From an uncultured delta proteobacterium (GTDB lineage: Bacteria > Myxococcota > Kuafuiibacteriia > Kuafuiibacteriales > Kuafuiibacteriaceae): a stretch of DNA of 64,000 bases. Positions 10,416 through 20,161 of this stretch are shown in pieces (the stretch's first letter is position 1; every line of letters begins with the position of its first letter). Under the pieces are notes generated by a model. The model did no database searches and was not told the origin of the DNA. It worked only from the letters and a program-made list of their open reading frames with translations. The translations under genes and the position numbers were made by a program. Location: the NCBI GenBank assembly GCA_963803435.1, contig CAWDML010000001.1:1472001-1536000 (forward strand), written 5' to 3'.

Positions 10416-10432
10416 TTACGGATCGGCCGTAA
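10416..10432. promoter_or_regulatory. Inverted repeat, possible operator
   Basis: TTACGG-ATCGG-CCGTAA in the intergenic gap upstream of ORF 9288..10379. Confidence 0.3.
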
Positions 10433-10460
10433 GTATGAGACCTGCCGTCCTCGGTTCGGA

Positions 10461-13400
10461 TCACGCCCGGGCTTCGGCGGATCGCTGCGCGACGGGGAGG
10501 ACGTCCTCCGGATCGAACCGCGCTCCGGTGAAGCCGGCCTCGATCATCCGCATGAGATCCTCGCTCGACATCGTGCCCGCCCGATCCGATCCCTCGAGGA
10601 GGTCCTGCATGAGGTGCCGCTTGTCCTCATGGAGCGCCAGGATCTGCTCCTCGATCGTTCCGCGCGTCACCAGGCGGTACACCGTGACCGGTTGCGTCTG
10701 GCCGATGCGATGGGCCCGATCGGTGGCTTGATCCTCCACCGCCGGATTCCACCAGGGATCCAGGTGGATCACGGTGTCAGCGGCGGTCAGGTTGAGACCG
10801 GTCCCCCCGGCCTTCAAAGAGAGGAGGAACAGCGGGGCGCCACCGGTCTGGAATCGATCCACGAGCCCAGGGCGCTCGGCCGCCGGCGTGGAGCCATCCA
10901 GGTAGACGTAGTCGATCGCGGCCTCTTCCAGTGCGCCCCGGACCAGCGCGAGGTTCTGCGTGAACTGGCTGAACACGAGGGCGCGACGGCCCTCCTCGAT
11001 CAGATCGCCAGCGATGTGGAGAAGACGTTCGAGCTTGGACGACGGGACGGTCGACGCGGGATCGTAGAGCTTCGGGTGGCAGCAGATCTGCCGCAAGTGC
11101 GTCAGCGCCGACAGCACGTGGAAGCGCACTTGCTCCGCCGGGAGCTCCGTCTTCAGCTTCACGAGGTGCGCGATGGCGGAGAGCCGCGCGTCCTCGTAGA
11201 GCGCGCGCTCCTTCGGCGAGAGCGCCACGTCGACGGTGATCTCGGTCTTCGCGGGGAGCTCCTTCGCGACCTCGACCTTGGTCCGCCGCAGGACGAAGGG
11301 GCGGATGACCGCGGCCAGGGCTTGTTTCGCCTCCGTCGCTCCGAGCTTCTCGATCGGCGTCACGAACCGCTCGCGGAAGTGCTCCCAGCTCCCGAGCAGC
11401 TTCGGAAAGACGACCCGAAAGATCGACCAGAGCTCACCCAGCCGGTTCTCCACCGGCGTCCCGGTGAGCGCGACCGTCCAGGCCGGCCGGAGCTTGCGGA
11501 TCGCACGTGCCCGCTGGGTCGTGGGGTTCTTGATCGCCTGCGCCTCGTCGAGGACCAGAGTCGCGAGGTCCAGCTCCGCCAGGCGCTCGGAGTCGCGCTG
11601 CACGATCGCGTAGCTGGTGATCACGACATGGTTGGGGCCGAGCCCTTCGAGCCGTGCCTCCCGGTCCGCGCCCGAGTACGGGATCGGGATCAGCGCCGTC
11701 GCGAACCTCTCCATCTCTCGGATCCAGTTGAAGCAGACCGAGGTGGGCGCGACCACCATCTGCGGTCCTTCGCCGGCGCGATCCAGCAGCACGGCCAGCG
11801 TTTGGACCGTCTTTCCCAGGCCCATGTCGTCGGCGAGGATCCCTCCGGCGCCCCAGGCGGCGAGACGGCTCATCCACGCGTGACCCTGGCGCTGATAGGT
11901 TCGGAGGTCGGCCGCGAGCGTGCTCGGCACAGTCGGCACCAGCGCACCGGCCGACGCGATCCGATCCCGCAGCGCCTGCCAGGACGACGGCGCGGAGAAG
12001 CCGTCGAGATCGTCGAAGTGGCCGATCGCCGCGGGGCTGACCTCGACTCGCTCGTCGCGAGAGGAGGTGAGCGGCTCGATCTTCGACAGCCGCTCCAGGA
12101 GCGCCTCCTCGAGGATCACGAAGAGGTGCTCGTCGATCCGGACGAAGCGGCGGCGGTGGCGCGCGGCGTCGAGCAACACCGCGATGCTGACGCGGTGTCC
12201 GTCGATCTCCGATCCCGCCCTGGAGCCCGAACCAGTCCTTGCCCTCGACCGCCTCCACGCGCAGACTCCCGAGCGCGCCTGCTCGCGTCACCCACTCGCC
12301 TGCCGGCCAGCGGCACTCGATCGGCTCCGACTTGATACGGATGAGGAGATCGACCGCGTCGTCGCCGAGGGCGCGTACGCTCCAGTCGGCGTCGAACGTC
12401 ATGCCGAGCCTCAGGGCTGTGTCCCGCGCGACCCGGACCTCGGCCGCGAGATCTCGGGTGGCCGCCACCAGCATGCGCGCGGCCGTCGACGCCACCGCCA
12501 GCGGATCCCCGGCGCCGGGCACGTACAGGATCCCGCCCTCGATGGGGCGGATACGGAGGGTCGCCGCCAGGCCGTCTCCGTACGGGGTCAGCGTCAACAC
12601 CGGATCCGTGCGCGCCTCCACCGACTGCTCGTAGACGGCCTTCGGAAATCGCACCGGGAGGTGGGGGCGCACGCGGGCGAGCGCGGCGAGCAACCTCGGG
12701 TGGGCCGCCGGCGGGATCGCAGGGCCGAAGGCCTCGATCCCCGCGAGCACGCGCGCGATCCCCTCGGAGACCGGCGTCAGCCGGATGACCGCTCGGTCGT
12801 AGTCGATGTCGACCGCGGTCTCGCCGAGGCGCTGGGCGGCCAGCCAGCCGCGGAGCTCCTCGAAGGCCATCGGTGCCCCGTCCACCACCGGCAGGAGCGC
12901 CAGGCCGGCGCCGCCCTCGCTCGCCGACAGCTCCAGTCGTCCCTCCTCGACGATCCGGGCCCACGACCCTGCCCGGGCGCCCGCTCCGCGCGGAGCCCTC
13001 GCACCCGTCTCCGCTCGCGGGCGCTCGCTGCGCGCTCCGCTTGCCCGCGGGGCCCGCTCGGGCGGAGCCCTCGCACCCGTCTCCGCTCGCGGGCGCTCGC
13101 TGCGCGCTCCGCTTGCCCGCGGGCTCGACGACGAGGATGCGCGGGTGGCCGCGAAGCGCCCGAAGCGCCCCGACGAGTTGCTCGTCCCGGACGTCGGATG
13201 ACAGGGAGCCGTCGCCGAGCAGGCGCGCAACGGCCAGGAGCTCTCGATTCTTGTGGCTCCACCAGCAACGACGCTGGGACCTTCCAGGGCGAGACCCTCT
13301 TCGGCTTCTTCGGGCCGCGCTCTTCGAGCGCGGGGTGGAGCGTCCGGGTCGTCGGGTTGACCTGCCACCAGAGGATGGAGTCTTCGGCCTCACGCGCCCC

Positions 13401-14411
13401 CAGCTCGATCCGCTCGATGGCCTGGTCGACGGCTTCGACCATCCACTCCCAAGGCGATCGTCCGATCTGCTCGAGGAACGCCGTGCGCTTCGCCGGATCT
13501 TCGACGAGGCCGAAGGCGAGAGAGAGGGTCTCGTCGATCGCGTTGAGCGCGTGCACGCACGGCTGAGAGCACTCCGAGCAGCGCGGCTGTGGCGGTGGAC
13601 CGTCGAGCGTGATCGGGAGCCGGACGTCGATCATCAGCGGCCCGATGGAGCCGGAGGTCCGGAGCTCGGAGACCTCGACGACGACCGGGTTCAGGGGACT
13701 GATGCGAACGGCCTCGAGGGGAACGGTCGCCCGCCGGCGGGGCTGTACCCGCGCCCGGATCCGGGCGCGCGCCGGCCGGAGCCACTCCACCAGCTGCCGG
13801 GCGCTCGGCTCCGGGGGCAACGGCCGCGTCTCCAGCGCCCGCTCCGTCTCCTCGGCGAGCGCCTGCTCGAGATCCTGGTAGAGCCGCTCGAGGTGCTTCT
13901 TCGCCAGCCGGCGCTGCTCCGCGGGCGCCAGCCGCCGCGAGCCGATCGCGATGCCCCGCACCAGATCGCGGAGCGTGGACGCGCCCACCTCCACCCAGCC
14001 GAGGACCCCCTTCGGGTGGGCGACGCGGAGCTCGGTCACCCGCTGGTCGAGCCAGGGCCCCAGCCCGTTGGCCTCGGCCCAGACCTCCAGCTCCTGCACC
14101 GACACCCGCTTCCCCGCGTGCCGGTGGGCCAGGACCAGCCACTGCCCGAGCGCCTTCAAGACCTTCTTCCGCGCGCCCTCGTGGACTGCGCCCGCGAGCG
14201 CCGCATCGGCGGTGGAGAGGAGCCCCGACACCGAGAGTCCGTCGGCACCGATCGCCCGGAGGGCGGTGCCGACGTCCTCGCGATCGGCGGTGCGAAGGAC
14301 ATCGGCGACCCGCGTTCGCGCCGCGATCTCCGCGAGGCCGAGACCTTCGATCGCGTCCTCGAGCTCGGCGAAGGTTCGCGCCGTGAGCGGACGCGTGACG
14401 TCGCTCGCCAC
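10461..14411 (-). CDS. SWIM zinc-finger SNF2/DEAD-like helicase, interrupted by three +1 frameshifts (probable sequencing errors)
   Basis: SWIM-like CSECSQPCVH; SNF2 motifs ADDMGLGKT, LDEAQAIKN, LTGTPVENRL, SLKAGGTGLNLT, DPWWNPAVEDQATDRAHRIGQ. Removing one base at each of ~13248, ~12961 and ~12209 joins the ORF pieces into one frame. Confidence 0.85.
12990..13123. repeat. Two identical 62-bp palindromic (REP-like) units, 72-bp period, inside the SNF2 gene
   Basis: GCGGAGCCCTCGCACCCGTCTCCGCTCGCGGGCGCTCGCTGCGCGCTCCGCTTGCCCGCGGG at 12990-13051 and 13062-13123; internal stems GCGGAG/CTCCGC and CGCGGGC/GCCCGCG. Confidence 0.85.
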
Positions 14412-14473
14412 GGGCGGGATTCTGCACGATCCGGGGCTCGGGGACAGCCGAAGATCGCGCAATCGACGGACGG

Positions 14474-15226
14474 TCACGCTCGGATCGACAGACACGTGAG
14501 GGCACCGTCGCCCTTGTGGAGCTCGCCGACGTCGAGCACCACGACCTCACACCCTCGCCCGCGGAGGCGCTCGGCCGTACGAGGCGCGGCGGCCGAGACG
14601 AGCACCGACGCTCCCAGATCGAGGACGTTCGCGCCGTGCAACTCGGGCGCGTCGATCAGCTCGACGCCGCGCGCGCGAAAGGGCTCGCCGTCGACCCGAT
14701 CGAACAGCCCGATCACCGCCTCACCGACGGGCGTCACGGCGGACTTGAGATGGAGCCCTGCGCGCACGCTCACCGGGATGGTCTCGAAACCGGAACGCGC
14801 CGCAAACTCGGAGAGCCGAGCGATCCCCGCGTCGTTGGTCCGCTCCGTCCGCCCCACGAACAACCGGATGCCCAGCCTGAGGACGTCGCCGCCGTCCAGC
14901 GTGGCGGGCGCCGCCATGACCTCGAGGTCGCCGACCGAGAGCGCCGGGCCGATGGTCGCGCCTTCGCCCCGCCGCGACGGCGCACCGGGTCGCGTCAACA
15001 GGGCGCGCCCCTCCAGCAGCACCGCCGGATCCTCGACGAACACCGAGTCGGGAGCGTCGTGCAAGGGAGGCAGCGCGATCACCTCGAGGCCGGCCGCCCG
15101 GAGCGCCTCCACGTAGGCCCCGTGCTGGCGGCGCGCCCGCTCGACGTCGATGTCGCCGGTGGTCGTGCGAAGACAACGGGCGTAGGCGTCCGGGACGGTC
15201 CGCACCCAGGCCATCGTCAGCCTCAT
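14474..15226 (-). CDS. Dimethylarginine dimethylaminohydrolase (amidinotransferase superfamily)
   Basis: QHGAYVEAL, PDSVFVEDPA, LDGGDVL, HLKSAVT, C-terminal GALTCLS (catalytic Asp/His/Cys). Confidence 0.88.
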   Translation of the reverse strand: MRLTMAWVRTVPDAYARCLRTTTGDIDVERARRQHGAYVEALRAAGLEVIALPPLHDAPDSVFVEDPAVLLEGRALLTRPGAPSRRGEGATIGPALSVGDLEVMAAPATLDGGDVLRLGIRLFVGRTERTNDAGIARLSEFAARSGFETIPVSVRAGLHLKSAVTPVGEAVIGLFDRVDGEPFRARGVELIDAPELHGANVLDLGASVLVSAAAPRTAERLRGRGCEVVVLDVGELHKGDGALTCLSIRA

Positions 15227-15279
15227 CCCGGCCAGCCTACCTGGCGGAACGGTCCTCCGGTAGCATCGGCGGAAAACGC

Positions 15280-16365
15280 ATGGACAAGATCATCAAGAAC
15301 GTCTGGCGTCGCGCCGAAGGGGAGGCGTACGAGACCGCCCGGATCCTCGATCGGACGCGCGCCCCGGAGGGCTTCGACGTCGCGCGCCACCGCTTCGACG
15401 CGCGTGGCACACTGGTGCTCGACGCGGCCGACGGCCACCTCGCGAGCGTCCTCCGGGGCCACGCCGAGGTCGACGCGGACGACGCGCACCTGTCGATCAC
15501 CGGCGGCGTCCATCTCTACCTGCCGCCGGGCGTGCCCATCTCGATCACCGGAGAGCCCGGCACGGAGCTGGTGCGCGTGTCGGCGCCGGCCGCCCGGGCG
15601 CGCGGCACCGAGCTCCTCGTGCGCGACGAGACGTTCCTGTCCGCCTGCGCCACCGAGACGCACGCGCTCCGCTGGATCCTGACGCCGCAGTACCTGAGCC
15701 GGCGCGTGTTCCTGCATCACGATCCGGTGCTCGTGTCGCGGTCCGGCCACCCGGTGTCCTGGTTCCGCACCACGATGTTCGACGTCGCCGGGCTGCCGCC
15801 CAACCAGGAGGGCGAGCCGGTCTTCAAGATGTCCTACAACTCGCGGACCGAGTTCAACGTGATCTACGAGGTCGAAGGCGACGCGCGCGTCCGCTTCGCC
15901 GAGCATCCGTATGGCGCGACGGATCAGGCCTGGACCCCGTGGGTCGCGCTCGATCGAGAGTCGACGTACCACCTCGACGAGACGCCCGCCGCCGGCCAGC
16001 TCCGCAACAAGCACGAGGTCTACGCGGCGCCCGGAGGGCACGTCACGCTGCTCTGCCTCTTCGATCCGGCGCCCGTGGGGATCGAGCGCCATCGCCCCGG
16101 CGAGTACAGCGACTACGAGCCGATGTCCGCCGTGCTCGCGACCCCGGAGTACGCGGTGCATCAGCGCGAGATCGCGGCGTTCGATCGGATGGTGGACGCG
16201 CTCTCGCGCGCGCGGGCGTGCGGCGTGCTGTCCGAGCGCGAGGGTTCACCGGAGTGGGCGCTCTACCGGCGGGGCGTCGGCGCGCAGGCCGGTCTCGAGG
16301 CGGCGCTCGCGGGCACCCTCGGCGAGCGCCGGCGCGTGATCGAGCCCTGGATGTCCGCGAAGTGA
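15280..16365 (+). CDS. Cupin protein with an ectoine-synthase (EctC)-like domain
   Basis: LSRRVFL..., SWFRTT, SYNSRTEFNVIYEVEGDARV, TYHLD...NKHEV, LLCLFDPAPVGIERHRPGEY parallel the EctC motifs (recognised by eye). Confidence 0.55.
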   Translation: MDKIIKNVWRRAEGEAYETARILDRTRAPEGFDVARHRFDARGTLVLDAADGHLASVLRGHAEVDADDAHLSITGGVHLYLPPGVPISITGEPGTELVRVSAPAARARGTELLVRDETFLSACATETHALRWILTPQYLSRRVFLHHDPVLVSRSGHPVSWFRTTMFDVAGLPPNQEGEPVFKMSYNSRTEFNVIYEVEGDARVRFAEHPYGATDQAWTPWVALDRESTYHLDETPAAGQLRNKHEVYAAPGGHVTLLCLFDPAPVGIERHRPGEYSDYEPMSAVLATPEYAVHQREIAAFDRMVDALSRARACGVLSEREGSPEWALYRRGVGAQAGLEAALAGTLGERRRVIEPWMSAK

Positions 16366-16369
16366 AGCG

Positions 16370-18811
16370 ATGAGTCGTCTGACGCCAGCGCTGCTCGTCG
16401 CCTTGTCGGCCCTGGGGATCGCCTGCGGCGCGGCCACCGACGACGATCACACGCCCCCGCCGCCCGGCGCCGATGGGGGCGTCGCGGACGCCGCGCCTTC
16501 GGACAGCGGCTTCCCGTACGACGTCGTCCCGGCGCTGCCTGCGCAGCCCGCCGCCGCCTCCGAGCCGGTGCTGCTGCCTTGCCCGGCCGGATGGCGGACG
16601 ATCGCCCGTCCCGGCGCGCCTGATGTCTGTGATCCGTGGCCGGCGAGCGGTTACGCGAGCTGCCCGCCGGGACAGGCGCACTTCCCGGGGACTCCGGGAT
16701 GCGCGGCGATCGGCACGGTCTGCCCGAGCGGAGAGTTCGCCGACCTGGGCGCTACAGCGCTCTACGTGACAGCCTCGACGACGGCGGCGAGCGGCGACGG
16801 ATCGATGGGCGCGCCCTTCACGTCGATCACGGCGGCGATCAACAGCACGCCGGCCGGCGGCACGATCGTGCTCGGCCTGGGCACGTTCGACGAGGACTTC
16901 CTCATCGATCGACCCGTGACGCTCAGAGGGAGCTGCGTCGCCGGGACTACCGTCGTCAGCTCGAGCCGCGCGCAGGACCTGGGGGTCGTCACGGTCGACG
17001 CCGAGGTCGAGCTCACGGATCTCACCATCGCCGGGGAGCGCATCGGCGTGCTGGTGGAGAGCGGCCGGCTCCACGGCCACGACCTCGCGATCGCCGGCGC
17101 CCGCCAGACCGGAGTGCGCGTCTCCGGAGGATTGGCGATCCTCGAGGACGTGATCATCCGCGACACGCAGGCCTCGCCCGACGGCATGTTCGGCTACGGT
17201 CGGGGCATGGAGGTGCGCGGGGGCGGACGCGTCGAGGTCGCGCGCGCCGTCCTCGAGAACAACCGCGAGATCGGGATCGCGCTCCGGGATCCGGTGACCG
17301 AACCCCATCGGTTCACCGGTGTCGCGGTGGTGGCGACGCAGCTCGAGAGCGCCGCCAACACCGGGCGCGCGCTCAACATCGCCGAGTCAGCGTCGGCCGT
17401 CTTCGAGCGGGCGGTCTTCGAGGACAACCACGACGTCGCGATCGCGCTGAGCTACGGCGGGATGCTCGAGCTGCACGATGCGGTGGTCCGCGACACGGAG
17501 GTCGTCGCGTCGGGGCAGTTCGGCGTGGGGATCGCCGTCAACGCCGACTCGCATGCCGTCGGCTCCCGCGTGTGGATTACGCACAACCGTACGGCTGGGT
17601 TCGCGGTGGGGAGCGATCCGAACGAGCAGTCGTCGATCGACTTCACGGACCTGCTGGTGGAGGAGACCGAGGGCGACGCGGACGGGCAGTTCGGCCGGGG
17701 CATCGAGGTCGGCTACGGCGCCGACGCGCGCCTCGAGCGGGTCTGGATCCGGGGTAATCGCCTGCACGGTCTGTTCGTCGACGGCGCCGGCTCGACGATC
17801 ACCGCCACTGACGCCTTCTCCCTGGAGACGCGCGCGAAGGCCGCCGACGGCTCGTCGGGCTGGGGCGCCTCGGCGACGAACGGCAGCCACCTGACGCTGC
17901 GCCGCGCCGTGCTGGACCGAAACGTCAGCACCGCCGCCTCGTTCAGCGGCGAAGGCACCGAGGTGATCCTGCGCGATCTGATCGTCGAGGACACCGCGCC
18001 CGGCGTCGGCGTGGTGGGTCCGTGCGGCCGGGGGTTGAACGCACAGGAGGGCGTCCGCCTGATCGTGGAGCGCGCACGCCTCTTCAGAAACCGCGAGGTC
18101 GGGATCGTGATCCACGACCCGACGACGCTCGCGACGCTGAGCGACATCCGGGTGGAGGACACCGCCACGGTCGGCCTGGGCGTGCTCGGCAGCGGCATCG
18201 GGATCCAGCTCGGCGCGCACATGACGCTCGATCGCGCCGAGGTCTCGGACAGCCGGGAGTGCGGCGTCTTCGTCCACGATCAGGGGGCGACGCTGATCGC
18301 GAAGGATCTGTTGGTGCGCGACGGGAGGGGCACGCCGCAGTTCGGCACCTTCGGCCGTGGTCTCAACGTCCAGACGGGCGGGCGGATCCAGGGAACGCGC
18401 GTGCTGCTCGAGGACAACCGGGAGGCGGCCGCCGTCGTCGCCAACGCCGGGAGCAGCCTCGCGCTGTCCGAGGTCACCATCCGGGGCACGCGGCAGCGCC
18501 TCTGCGCCGCCACCGATTGCCCGAACGAAGGTGCCGGCGCCGGAGTGGTCGTGCGCGACTCCGCGGGCGCGGCGATGACGAAGTTCCTCCTCGAGGACAA
18601 CTTCCTGACCGGCGCTCAGATCAGCGACGGCGCCACCATCGATCTGACGGACGGCGACGTCGTCCGCCATCCGGTCGGCGTCAACGTCCAGACCGTCGGC
18701 TTCGACAACAATCGCGTCCTGAACGGCGTCCGGTACATCGACAACGGCGTCCCCGTGAACGGGGCCAGCCTGTTCGTGCCGAACGCGGAGGCCTCCCCGA
18801 TTCCCCAATGA
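16370..18811 (+). CDS. Lipoprotein with Cys-rich N-terminus and right-handed parallel beta-helix repeats
   Basis: Lipobox GIAC; GDGSMGAPFTSITAAI; recurring GxFGRG(L/I)xV and xxLEDNRExG turns. Confidence 0.8.
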   Translation: MSRLTPALLVALSALGIACGAATDDDHTPPPPGADGGVADAAPSDSGFPYDVVPALPAQPAAASEPVLLPCPAGWRTIARPGAPDVCDPWPASGYASCPPGQAHFPGTPGCAAIGTVCPSGEFADLGATALYVTASTTAASGDGSMGAPFTSITAAINSTPAGGTIVLGLGTFDEDFLIDRPVTLRGSCVAGTTVVSSSRAQDLGVVTVDAEVELTDLTIAGERIGVLVESGRLHGHDLAIAGARQTGVRVSGGLAILEDVIIRDTQASPDGMFGYGRGMEVRGGGRVEVARAVLENNREIGIALRDPVTEPHRFTGVAVVATQLESAANTGRALNIAESASAVFERAVFEDNHDVAIALSYGGMLELHDAVVRDTEVVASGQFGVGIAVNADSHAVGSRVWITHNRTAGFAVGSDPNEQSSIDFTDLLVEETEGDADGQFGRGIEVGYGADARLERVWIRGNRLHGLFVDGAGSTITATDAFSLETRAKAADGSSGWGASATNGSHLTLRRAVLDRNVSTAASFSGEGTEVILRDLIVEDTAPGVGVVGPCGRGLNAQEGVRLIVERARLFRNREVGIVIHDPTTLATLSDIRVEDTATVGLGVLGSGIGIQLGAHMTLDRAEVSDSRECGVFVHDQGATLIAKDLLVRDGRGTPQFGTFGRGLNVQTGGRIQGTRVLLEDNREAAAVVANAGSSLALSEVTIRGTRQRLCAATDCPNEGAGAGVVVRDSAGAAMTKFLLEDNFLTGAQISDGATIDLTDGDVVRHPVGVNVQTVGFDNNRVLNGVRYIDNGVPVNGASLFVPNAEASPIPQ

Positions 18812-20154
18812 GACCCGCGATCGCCCTCTCGATCGTGCTCGCGTCGGCCGCCTGCGGAGGCGAGAACGCGGAGCCGCTCTGCGATCCGACCGCGCTTCGA
18901 GATGCGCTCGCCGCCGCCGAGCCAGGCGCCGACATCGCAGTCGGCGCGTGCCGGATCGAGGGTGACTTCACGGTGGCGGCCCCGCTTCGCCTGCACGGCG
19001 GGGGGCCGAGCTCGGTGCTGGCGGGGCGGGACGTGACGCTGACGGTGGAGGCGCCGCAGGGGAGCGTGCAGATCGAAGATCTCACCGTCGAGGGCGGGGC
19101 GCGCGCAGGCGTGCGGGTGCGAAGCGCCGATACGGTCGCGCTGACCCGCGTCGCCCTCTCGGCGGCGTCGGGTGTGGCGCTGGGCGCGGAGGACGTGGGG
19201 AGGCTCGCGCTCGCCGCGGTCACGGCCAGAGGCCCGGTCGATCAGACCAACCAGGACCAGGTCGCGTACCCTCCGGACCGCGCTCAGATCGCCACGCACG
19301 GGATCGTCGCCGTACGGGTCGCGGATCTGGCGATGACCGACGTCAGCGCCGAGGGCTTCGCGGGTGCCGGCGTGCTCCTCATCGGCAGCGAGACGCGATG
19401 GGATCGCGGCGACGCCAGCGTCAACCTGGGCATCGGGCTCCACGTGCAGGGAGGCCACGCGACGCTCGCCGACGTGCACCTCGACGGGACGTTCCGCGGG
19501 ACCTGGGGTGTCGAGACGTACGGCGGCGCCTTCACCGCGTCCGCCGCGGTCGACTCGACCAACCTCACCGTCGACGACAACTGGTACGGCCTCCTCCAGC
19601 ACGGCGGGGTCGCGCACCATCTGAACCTCTCCGCCAGCGGCAACCAGAACGCCGGGATCTGGGCGCAGTACACCACCGAGCTCGAGCTGCAGGGCACGAT
19701 CGCGGACAACGACTTCGCCGGAGTGGTCGCGTTCGACGCGGGCGGCGTGTTCATCCACGACTCCACGATCCAGCAGACCCATCAGGTGCTGCGACCCAAC
19801 GGCGAGGTGGGCACGATCATGATCGGAGACGGCATCCAGCTGGTCGAGAGCCTCGACGGCGCGCGGCTATCCGAGCTCGACCTGATCGACAACGAGCGGG
19901 TCGGTCTCTTGATCGAGCTGGGCGGGGGCACCTTCTCGCCGAGCGAGCTCGCCGGCGTCCGGGTCAGCCAGAGCTCCGGCAACGGCGCGGTGTGCCAGCA
20001 CGGCACCAAGCCGGTGGGCTGGGACAGCGGGGTCAGCCGCACGGGCGTGACCTCGGCGCTCGACCACGCCGTCACCGATCTCGACACCGTCGCAGTGGTG
20101 GGTCCCTGCGGACGGCCCGTCGAGCTCTCGGATCTGGCAGCGCTCGGGCTCTGA
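18808..20154 (+). CDS. Second parallel beta-helix lipoprotein
   Basis: Start ATG 18808 (ATGA overlap); MRPAIALSIVLASAAC lipobox; beta-helix-like repeats (DNDFAGVV, GDGIQLV, DNERVGLL). Confidence 0.78.
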   Translation: MRPAIALSIVLASAACGGENAEPLCDPTALRDALAAAEPGADIAVGACRIEGDFTVAAPLRLHGGGPSSVLAGRDVTLTVEAPQGSVQIEDLTVEGGARAGVRVRSADTVALTRVALSAASGVALGAEDVGRLALAAVTARGPVDQTNQDQVAYPPDRAQIATHGIVAVRVADLAMTDVSAEGFAGAGVLLIGSETRWDRGDASVNLGIGLHVQGGHATLADVHLDGTFRGTWGVETYGGAFTASAAVDSTNLTVDDNWYGLLQHGGVAHHLNLSASGNQNAGIWAQYTTELELQGTIADNDFAGVVAFDAGGVFIHDSTIQQTHQVLRPNGEVGTIMIGDGIQLVESLDGARLSELDLIDNERVGLLIELGGGTFSPSELAGVRVSQSSGNGAVCQHGTKPVGWDSGVSRTGVTSALDHAVTDLDTVAVVGPCGRPVELSDLAALGL

Positions 20155-20161
20155 AGGCACG

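Noticed and set aside
12990-13123. CRISPR array
   Set aside because: Only two 62-bp units with a 10-bp gap, inside a gene, and no cas genes
10461-14411. Programmed frameshifting or true pseudogenes in the SNF2, cytochrome, TPR and GH3 genes
   Set aside because: No slippery sites and no in-frame stops or decay in the corrected frames; all are +1 events, mostly at GATC, so error is more likely (not excluded without reads)
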